From: Gammaproteobacteria bacterium
Lineage (GTDB): Bacteria > Pseudomonadota > Gammaproteobacteria > Pseudomonadales > Pseudohongiellaceae
Length of the DNA stretch: 64,000 bases
Assembly: GCA_029242705.1 (NCBI GenBank)
Contig: JAQWTK010000096.1
Location: 42,148-106,147 of the forward strand
Direction: 5' to 3'
Positions 57,237-64,000 of the stretch are shown here, one piece after another. The notes under the pieces are model-generated. The model was not told the DNA's origin, searched no databases, and worked only from the letters and a program-made list of their open reading frames with translations. Made by a program: the position numbers and the translations under genes. Position 1 is the stretch's first letter, and each line of letters starts with the position of its first letter.

Positions 57237-58649
57237 ATGATCGATGAAATTCATTTCGCCAACATTAGTTTTGTATCTGAACTGATTAAAAACAAAGATA
57301 TCTCCCCAGTCGAGTTGACGGAATATATGCTCCGGCGTATTGAAAAACTCGATACTAGATTAAACAGTTATGCGACAGTTTGTGCTGACTACGCTATCGA
57401 TAGTGCTAGAGAAGCAGAAAGTGAAATTATGACTGGAAATTATCGTGGGATACTTCATGGAATACCCCTAGCGGTTAAGGATCTTTGTTATACATTAGGT
57501 ATTCGGACTATGGGTGGATTAAAAGTTAGGCGTAATTTTATTCCTGACTTCGATGCAACAGTAGTTGAGAAGTTACGTCTCGCCGGAGCAATTTTGCTAG
57601 GGAAGGCCGCTCTAACTGAAGGAGCATTGTCTGGCTATAATCCGGAATTTGATATACCGCTGAACCCGTGGGGAGAAAAGCTTTGGTCTGGAGTATCGTC
57701 CTCTGGGTCGGGTGTAGCGACGGCAGCGGGGCTATGCTTTGGTGCTTTAGGAACCGATACTGGAGGTTCTATTCGTTATCCTTCTATGGCGAATGGAGTA
57801 GTAGGTTTAAAACCGACTTATGGCAGGGTTTCTCGCTACGGGGTTATGGAACTCGCTGGTTCTTTAGATCATATAGGGCCAATGGCTCGCAGTGTAAAGG
57901 ATGTGGCAATAATGTTTGAAGCAATAGCCGGTAAAGACGAGCTGGACTTGACTACAATTAATGAAAAAGCTCCTTCGATATTAACTAAACTTTCAGGAGA
58001 TATTTCTAATCTATCTATAGGAGTTGACCGGGCTTACATGGAGCTAGGTACAGACACTGGATTAATAAATGCAATAAACATCGCCATCGATACTTTTGTG
58101 GAAATGGGAGCAACCATCGTTGATATACAGATGCCGAGTTCGGATCCGGAGCAGTTGAGGAATTTGTGGTTGCCTATTACTGGTTTTGAGGCCGCTAAAG
58201 CGCATGCTGATACGTTCCCTTCACGAGCTTGCGACTATGGAGCGTATTTGAAGAGTGTTCTTGAATTAGGTGTCTCTATGGATGAATCCGATTATCAAGT
58301 CGCAATGCAAGAAAGATCGGAATATGTAATGCATTTTGAGTCAGAATTAAGTAAAGCAGATGCAGTGATTTGCCCCGCAGGGGGATTTGTTTTTGAAGTA
58401 GATAAGTTCGCCCAATATGGTGATAAAGGCGCTATGCGGGAAGTAATCGGGAAATTTCAAGGTCAATTTACTATCCCCGCAGATCTTGCTGGAACGCCCG
58501 CCCTCGTAGTGCCTTGCGGATTTTCAGATGACGGGCGCCCTTATACTTTTCAATTGTTAGGATCAAAACTTTCTGAAGAAAAATTGTGTATGCTTGGCCA
58601 CGCTTACGAGCAGCGATTCTCTTGGAGCTCGGTCCATCCGAATCTTTAG
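57237..58649 (+). CDS. Amidase-signature family amidase (no signal peptide)
   Basis: AS-family Gly/Ser-rich segment GVSSSGSGVATAAGLCFGALGTDTGGSIRYPS, with an upstream Lys context (PLAVKD). Confidence 0.85.
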   Translation: MIDEIHFANISFVSELIKNKDISPVELTEYMLRRIEKLDTRLNSYATVCADYAIDSAREAESEIMTGNYRGILHGIPLAVKDLCYTLGIRTMGGLKVRRNFIPDFDATVVEKLRLAGAILLGKAALTEGALSGYNPEFDIPLNPWGEKLWSGVSSSGSGVATAAGLCFGALGTDTGGSIRYPSMANGVVGLKPTYGRVSRYGVMELAGSLDHIGPMARSVKDVAIMFEAIAGKDELDLTTINEKAPSILTKLSGDISNLSIGVDRAYMELGTDTGLINAINIAIDTFVEMGATIVDIQMPSSDPEQLRNLWLPITGFEAAKAHADTFPSRACDYGAYLKSVLELGVSMDESDYQVAMQERSEYVMHFESELSKADAVICPAGGFVFEVDKFAQYGDKGAMREVIGKFQGQFTIPADLAGTPALVVPCGFSDDGRPYTFQLLGSKLSEEKLCMLGHAYEQRFSWSSVHPNL

Positions 58650-58692
58650 ATCACATAGTGCGTAATTTAGTTAACTAAAGGTAATTTGAAAA

Positions 58693-59526
58693 ATGACGGA
58701 ATATATTCCACCAAAAGTCTGGAAATGGGACGCTCCTAGTGGTGGCAAATTTGAAAGTATTAATCGGCCCACATCAGGCGCGATTTCTACGACTGAGTTG
58801 CCTGTCGGAAAACACCCGATTCAACTATATTCGCTAGCGACGCCTAACGGTATTAAGGTTACTGTGCTTCTGGAAGAGCTATTAGAGCTTGGGTATAAGG
58901 GGGCTGAATATGATGCCTTTCAAATTAGGATAAGTGAAGGCGAACAATTTGGGAGTGGTTTTGTGAATTTGAATCCAAATTCCAAAATCCCAGCACTACT
59001 TGACCTCTCGACAGAGTCTCCAACAAGAGTTTTCGAATCTGGCGCAATTCTTGTGTATCTTGCGGAGAAATTTGGTGCATTCATACCCAATGATAGTGCG
59101 GTTAGGGCAGAATGTTTTTCTTGGTTGATGTGGCAAATGGGCTCCGCTCCGTTTTTAGGCGGCGGCTTTGGCCATTTTTATTTTTACGCTCCCGAACGTT
59201 TACAATATCCGATTGATCGGTATGCAATGGAAGTGAAGCGGCAATTAGATGTTTTGGATAAGAACCTAGCTAATAGACGATACCTTTGTGGTGACGAATA
59301 TAATATCGCTGATATAGCAAATTACGCGTGGTATGGAGGTTTGGTACTTCATAATATTTATAAGGCCGCAGAATTTCTCGAGGTATCGAGTTATAAAAAT
59401 GTCGTAAGATGGGCTAAGGAAATAGAAGAAAGACCAGCGGTTCAGCGTGGAAGACGGGTAAACCGAACCTGGGGGCCTGAGGAGTCGAGACTAAAGGAGA
59501 GGCATAGCGCTAGCGACTTTAATTAA
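58693..59526 (+). CDS. yghU: Nu-class glutathione transferase YghU-like (GSH-dependent disulfide-bond oxidoreductase)
   Basis: Near end-to-end similarity to E. coli YghU (PPKVWKWD.., LPVGKHPIQLYSLATPNG, FLGGGFGHFY.YAP, GDEYNIADIA, ERHSASDF). Confidence 0.88.
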   Translation: MTEYIPPKVWKWDAPSGGKFESINRPTSGAISTTELPVGKHPIQLYSLATPNGIKVTVLLEELLELGYKGAEYDAFQIRISEGEQFGSGFVNLNPNSKIPALLDLSTESPTRVFESGAILVYLAEKFGAFIPNDSAVRAECFSWLMWQMGSAPFLGGGFGHFYFYAPERLQYPIDRYAMEVKRQLDVLDKNLANRRYLCGDEYNIADIANYAWYGGLVLHNIYKAAEFLEVSSYKNVVRWAKEIEERPAVQRGRRVNRTWGPEESRLKERHSASDFN

Positions 59527-59618
59527 TACGGGAGATATACCAATATTTCTAGACTTTTTTAGAGGTTGTTAGTAATACTAATACATTAATCAATAACTAC
59601 TAATACGAAGGGGTTAGT

Positions 59619-60383
59619 ATGAATACTAGGAAACATCAATTTATAATTGCGGTTTTAGCGCTTATTTCGCCGGCGCTTGCTTTTTCGCAATTGTCCCAAA
59701 TTCAACAGAAGGTTCGGGAAGTAATGGCGATGGATCATCGCAGCGAAGCTGAACTTGCAAGAGATGCGGATCGCGATCCAGTGAATGCCGTAGATTTTAT
59801 GGGATTGGAAGCTGATATGACTGTTATCGAATTCATTCCGGCGGCTCAGGCGTACTACACAAAAATTCTTGGACCAGTTCTCAGGGACAATGGTCATCTC
59901 ATGGCCATCGACACCGAAGGAACTTTCGATCGATGGGGAGATTGGATTGAGATGCCAGAGATGGGCATGGTTCACCCGGTACCGATTGACAATCAGTTCA
60001 ATCGAGACGAAGGGCGTTACATGCCTGGTGAATTAAACTTTGGTGTTCCGGATGGTACCGTAGACAAATTTTTGTATATTCGCGAATACCATAATTTTAA
60101 CGCGGAGGATAAGGCTCGCATTAACGCAAAAGCTTTTGACTCTCTCAAGTCTGGTGGCGAGTATGTAATTATTGACCATACAAAACGTCACATGGAATCA
60201 AACAACGGTGCTAATGGTCGAAGAGAAGATCCAGTATCTGTGATCCATGAAGTGCAGAGAGCCGGTTTTGTTTTAGATAGAGTGTCGGATATGTTTGCGA
60301 AGGAAAGCGATGATCTTTCGCTAGAAGTTGGTCAAATCCCGAACATGACCGATAGATTCTTTTTGGTTTTTAGAAAGCCATAG
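59619..60383 (+). CDS. Exported class-I methyltransferase-fold protein (COG4798-like)
   Basis: Sec signal peptide (..SPALAFSQ) and a Rossmann-like segment MTVIEFIPAAQAYYTKILGPVL. The assignment is from memory of the family and is tentative. Confidence 0.45.
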   Translation: MNTRKHQFIIAVLALISPALAFSQLSQIQQKVREVMAMDHRSEAELARDADRDPVNAVDFMGLEADMTVIEFIPAAQAYYTKILGPVLRDNGHLMAIDTEGTFDRWGDWIEMPEMGMVHPVPIDNQFNRDEGRYMPGELNFGVPDGTVDKFLYIREYHNFNAEDKARINAKAFDSLKSGGEYVIIDHTKRHMESNNGANGRREDPVSVIHEVQRAGFVLDRVSDMFAKESDDLSLEVGQIPNMTDRFFLVFRKP

Positions 60384-60390
60384 TAAATAT

Positions 60391-60435
60391 AATCAAAAAG
60401 CCTTGATGAGTTATATACATCAAGGCTTTTTGATT
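60391..60435 (+). terminator. Long perfect hairpin / terminator
   Basis: Perfect 18-bp stem AATCAAAAAGCCTTGATG / CATCAAGGCTTTTTGATT with a 9-nt loop. It begins 8 nt after the stop codon. Confidence 0.7.
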
Positions 60436-60498
60436 CTGAAATTCCGCGATTACGTTTTTCGTATGTTCCTAATTTTCTAAATCAATGGTAGAGGGAAT

Positions 60499-61677
60499 AT
60501 GAAGCGAAGAAATTTTATTAAATCTACAGCGGCAGTGTCCTTGCTCTTTAGGCCTAGTATTCTTTTGTCCCAATCTTTTGATTTGATCATTAGGAGTGGT
60601 CGAGTAATCGACCCGTCGTTAAATCTAGATATCATTGCGGATGTGGGTGTTACCGGGGGCCGAATATCAGCTATAAGCTCTGAGATAGATGTCACCGCTG
60701 AACAAGAAATCGATGCTCTAGATAAAATTGTGGTTCCTGGATTACTAGATATTCATGCGCACTATGCTCAGGATTCGGAAGGCCCACACATTTGTTTGTC
60801 AGATGGTGTCACTGGGTGGGTAGACGCCGGCTCAGCGGGTGCAGACAATGTAGACGAAATAATTGCGGTGGCTCGGTCGGCACCCCAAGAGGCTCGTATA
60901 CTCCTTAATATTGGAAGGAAGGGCGTAATTTCGGAAGGTGACACTGCAGATATGTCATTAGCGAATGTCGAGGTGGCTAAAGCGGCTATCGCAAGGAACC
61001 TTGATTATATAGTTGGGGTTAAAGCTCGTATGACAGAAGGGGTGACAGCTAATGATCTAGTTGTTATTCGTCGTGCTCAGGAGGTGGCTAGTTACTTTAA
61101 TTTGCCGCTTATGATACACATGGGCCAATCTTCTTCGCCGATGGCGACACTTGTAGCGGAATTGAAACCAGGTGATGTAGTAACCCACATGTATGCTCCT
61201 CCCCCTAATGCCATCATAGATGATAATGGAGAAATCTTCCCCAAAATACTAGAAGCGAGGCGACGAGGAATTTGGTTCGATGTTGCGAATGGGCGCGTTG
61301 ATCATCTTCGCTGGAATACTTTTGATGCAATTATGGGGACAGGCTTTTGGCCTGACACTATTTCAACGGATGGGTTTTCGACAAGTAGAAGCGCCCCGGG
61401 TGTTCGAAATTATCCTAATATAATGTCTAAGTTTTTAAATTTTGGTATGAATTTAAATGCGGTGGTCGCTGCATCTACAATGAACCCCTCAAGAATTTTT
61501 CCTTTTTTAAGAGATAAAGGGACTCTAAATATTGGTGCGCCTGCAGATATTGCGATTCTTGAATTGCGTCGAGGGAATTTTGACTTTATTGATAATTACG
61601 AAAATGTTAGACCTGGAACTATGAGATTATTTCCTTTTGAGACAATTCTTGATGGAAAAATAGCGCCTAGAGTTTAA
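60499..61677 (+). CDS. Tat-exported amidohydrolase-superfamily metallohydrolase (dihydroorotase/deacetylase-like)
   Basis: Tat-like leader MKRRNFIKSTAAVSLL. Metal motif LLDIHAHY and collinearity with the amidohydrolase-fold deacetylase family. Confidence 0.7.
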   Translation: MKRRNFIKSTAAVSLLFRPSILLSQSFDLIIRSGRVIDPSLNLDIIADVGVTGGRISAISSEIDVTAEQEIDALDKIVVPGLLDIHAHYAQDSEGPHICLSDGVTGWVDAGSAGADNVDEIIAVARSAPQEARILLNIGRKGVISEGDTADMSLANVEVAKAAIARNLDYIVGVKARMTEGVTANDLVVIRRAQEVASYFNLPLMIHMGQSSSPMATLVAELKPGDVVTHMYAPPPNAIIDDNGEIFPKILEARRRGIWFDVANGRVDHLRWNTFDAIMGTGFWPDTISTDGFSTSRSAPGVRNYPNIMSKFLNFGMNLNAVVAASTMNPSRIFPFLRDKGTLNIGAPADIAILELRRGNFDFIDNYENVRPGTMRLFPFETILDGKIAPRV

Positions 61678-61707
61678 TTCTTCATTAGTTAATGCGAGGG
61701 AATTGGA

Positions 61708-63093
61708 ATGCCATTTCTTTCTAGAAAAATGGGGAGAAGGATTGGGGTAAGCGCCTTCATCTTTTATATTTTTTTAGTGTTTTTATTTGAAACGCTTCTT
61801 GGTGTAGGTCAGCCGGAGTATGGTAGTACAATGACACTTACTTCCTTCGATGAGAATGGAGAGGCTATAAATCGAGTAGTGGCTCGCCTAGAAAGAGATG
61901 GCGAAATTTATGTCGCAGTAAATCATTGGCCGCGAGCTTGGGCAAGAAGGATTGAGGATAATCCTAATGTACAATTATCTTATCTAGGGAAAACCGAGGA
62001 TTATAGCGCAGTACTTTTATATGGATCTCAGCATGATCGAGCAAATATCGATTTTTCCGTGCCATTTTCATTTAAAGTCTTGACCGGATTTCCACCGAGA
62101 TATTTTTTCCGTTTCGACCCGTTAGATAATTCGGAATCCGTTAGTGCGATACAGTTAACCCCTTCGGTGAATTGTCAGTCGAATAGTGATATAGATTTTA
62201 TCTGTGGGCTAATTAATCCGGAGGACCTATATCGCGTACCGGAATCGGATTGGGTTATTGCCTCGGGTAGAATTTCCGACTCTGAGGGACCAATTTACGC
62301 CGTCAATGTTTTAACTTACCAGGCTCAAGAAATATTCCCAGATAATGCTCTAGCATCAAATTTCGATCAGCAGACTTATAGAGATTGCCCGGGACAAAAC
62401 ACAGTATTTCAACCTCATGGATTAACTATTCGAGAGGGAGCTGAGGACACCCATGATTTATATGTTGTGGGCCATGGGGCTCGAGAAGCTATAGAGGTTT
62501 TTAATTTAGATGTTAGCAACGGTGTTCCTGCTTTGAGTTGGAAAGGATGTATTCCAGCCCCAGAGGGTACTCGGAGAATAAATTCAATTACAGCGCTGCC
62601 AAACGGGTTCCTGGGTGCTACAAATTTTGACACTTCGGGCGGTGAATTATGGGAATGGCACCCGTCAACCAATTGGCTAGAGGTTGCTGGTTCGGAAATG
62701 TTGGGGCCCAATGGTTTAGTATCTTCTATTGATGGAGAGTGGTATTACATTGGGGGATGGAGTGATCGTGCGGTAGTGCGACTTTCTAGGGGTAAAGATC
62801 CAGTTGTAATGGACTACATTTCTGTGGGCTTTAACGTGGATAATGTTCGTTGGGGAGAAGATGGTCGGATCATCGCTGCCGGGCATATTACTAGATGTCC
62901 AGACCAAAACCCGTGCGAACTATCAGCAGTTCGCGTTGCCAAAGTAAATCCGAATAATTTTAACATTGATCAGCTCATTGATTATAAAGGGAACGATTTT
63001 TTTGAGCTGGGAACGGTAGCTATAGATGTCGCTGATGAAATTTGGGTCGGCGGTATTTACGGTAGCTATGGCATTGCGAGATTTCCACAATAG
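61708..63093 (+). CDS. Membrane-anchored two-domain protein: N-terminal split-barrel (DUF385/PNPOx-like) segment plus a C-terminal PON/arylesterase-like beta-propeller (tentative)
   Basis: N-terminal TM helix. DGEIYVAVNHWPRAWARRIEDNPNVQL resembles DUF385-type proteins. FQPHGLTIREGAEDTHDLYVVGHGAREAIEVFNLD resembles the paraoxonase-family motif. Both calls are from memory only. Confidence 0.4.
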   Translation: MPFLSRKMGRRIGVSAFIFYIFLVFLFETLLGVGQPEYGSTMTLTSFDENGEAINRVVARLERDGEIYVAVNHWPRAWARRIEDNPNVQLSYLGKTEDYSAVLLYGSQHDRANIDFSVPFSFKVLTGFPPRYFFRFDPLDNSESVSAIQLTPSVNCQSNSDIDFICGLINPEDLYRVPESDWVIASGRISDSEGPIYAVNVLTYQAQEIFPDNALASNFDQQTYRDCPGQNTVFQPHGLTIREGAEDTHDLYVVGHGAREAIEVFNLDVSNGVPALSWKGCIPAPEGTRRINSITALPNGFLGATNFDTSGGELWEWHPSTNWLEVAGSEMLGPNGLVSSIDGEWYYIGGWSDRAVVRLSRGKDPVVMDYISVGFNVDNVRWGEDGRIIAAGHITRCPDQNPCELSAVRVAKVNPNNFNIDQLIDYKGNDFFELGTVAIDVADEIWVGGIYGSYGIARFPQ

Positions 63094-63118
63094 CTATTCG
63101 ATCATTGGGAATTTAGGT

Positions 63119-63175
63119 ACAAACTAACGAATCGGTGGCTCAAAGAATGGCTCTAGATCTCCATCGTTAGTTTGT
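63119..63175. other. Inverted repeat between convergent genes
   Basis: Perfect 12-bp arms ACAAACTAACGA (63119..63130) and TCGTTAGTTTGT (63164..63175) separated by 33 nt. Confidence 0.4.
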
Positions 63176-63200
63176 CCTGAATTCAAGCCCCTTTCTAGGA

Positions 63201-63578
63201 CTACATCCGGTGTAATGTGCAAATCTTATTTCCGGCCGGATCCTTTAGATAAGCCAGATACATTTTCATCTCACTCCCTTCTCGCACTCCTGGAGGATCT
63301 TCGACAGCTTCCCCGCCGTTTGCCAGTCCAGCTGCATGCCATTCATCACATTCTTCTGGTGTTTTAGCGGCAAAACCTATAGTGCTGCCGTTGCCACTAC
63401 TTGCGGATTCACCGTTTAATGGTTTAGTTATCGCAAAAAGACCTGAATCTGTGCGGTAGAATACTCTTCCTGTATCGTCCATAAATCCAGGCTCTATTCC
63501 TAACGCCCCTAGTGTAGCGTCATAAAACTTCTTAGCTTTTTCGGTGTCATCGGCACCAACAACAATATGACTAAACAA
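63201..63578 (-). CDS. VOC/glyoxalase-family protein
   Basis: 125 aa. N-terminal FSHIVVGADD.EKAKKFYD and C-terminal DPAGNKI are typical of the glyoxalase/bleomycin-resistance fold. Confidence 0.7.
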   Translation of the reverse strand: MFSHIVVGADDTEKAKKFYDATLGALGIEPGFMDDTGRVFYRTDSGLFAITKPLNGESASSGNGSTIGFAAKTPEECDEWHAAGLANGGEAVEDPPGVREGSEMKMYLAYLKDPAGNKICTLHRM

Positions 63579-63800
63579 AATAGTTACCCCTTAATTATTT
63601 GTTTTTATTTAGAGTATTAACTTTATCATAATAGGCTTACGATGGGCTTAAAATTATTTTCGTGCTTGAGCTATTAATAAATAGTATCTGCGAATTATTC
63701 TTCTGAAAATATCTATTTTCTCTAATGTATAAAACTTTTTGTGCTCTTCCTAAAGTTTGTTATTGTTAAGTAGTAGTCCTAAATATTATCGAGATCAAAA

Positions 63801-64000
63801 ATGAGAATACTAATAATATATTCCCAGCTCTTAGGTTTGGCAGCGTTAGTCCCGGCGGTGGTGATCTCAACACTTTGGCTGAATGCGCGTGGTGCCGATG
63901 GCCCGTCTGTTATTTTTCGTGGCGGGATCTTCACGACAGGTCAACTTTATCAAGGTCGGGAGCCAGATTGGAGCTTTACTGATAATGTTAGATTGGTCGA
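63801..64000 (+). CDS. Hypothetical membrane-anchored protein, 3' end outside the window
   Basis: ATG at 63801 opens a frame that runs to the window edge (MRILIIYSQLLGLAALVPAVVISTLWLNARGADGPSVIFRGG...). N-terminal hydrophobic helix. Confidence 0.4.
   Translation, partial: MRILIIYSQLLGLAALVPAVVISTLWLNARGADGPSVIFRGGIFTTGQLYQGREPDWSFTDNVRLV

Overview
AT-rich chromosomal window that looks gammaproteobacterial: trxA-rho, hemC-hemD-hemX-hemY and yrfG-hslR are arranged as in enterics. It is probably from a streamlined marine lineage, but that is my impression and not computed. I see no rRNA or intact tRNA genes, no CRISPR arrays, no transposases or integrases, and no recognisable transcription factor apart from rho.

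Bases 1-17.5 kb are housekeeping genes: an HtrA-family protease, argH, hemCDXY, ubiD, rho, trxA, hemB, a DedA/oxidoreductase pair, gshA, hslR, yrfG and cysQ.

Bases 17.7-28 kb are a same-strand acyl-CoA catabolic cluster. Its parts are those of peroxisomal or steroid-side-chain beta-oxidation: two ACADs, an SCPx-type thiolase, an SDR, a hydratase-2, a family-III CoA-transferase or racemase, and an acyl-CoA ligase. It also includes a catalytically degenerate HMG-CoA-synthase-like protein fused to DUF35.

Bases 28-64 kb are accessory and dominated by exported redox and hydrolytic enzymes, including six beta-propeller proteins, two PQQ enzymes and several Tat or Sec signal peptides.

Most interesting calls:
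1. A DsbA/FrnE-family gene (28026..28649, minus strand) whose first active-site Cys codon is an in-frame TGA, giving U-P-W-C. A hairpin follows 13 nt downstream at SECIS-like spacing. The ORF track truncates this gene, which I read as a candidate selenoprotein.
2. An aau-like mauB-E-D-A tryptophan-tryptophylquinone (TTQ) amine dehydrogenase operon. It lacks mauF/G/C in this window. It continues into a monohaem cytochrome c and a SorA-like molybdoenzyme in which a sulfite-binding Arg appears substituted. A YeeE/YedE sulfur/selenium-type transporter lies divergently upstream.
3. Two PLP enzymes with twin-arginine signal peptides, set among exported peptidase and amidohydrolase genes.
4. An A7 slippery run that splits a small lipoprotein gene.

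All functional calls come from motif and family recognition by eye. No database search was run.
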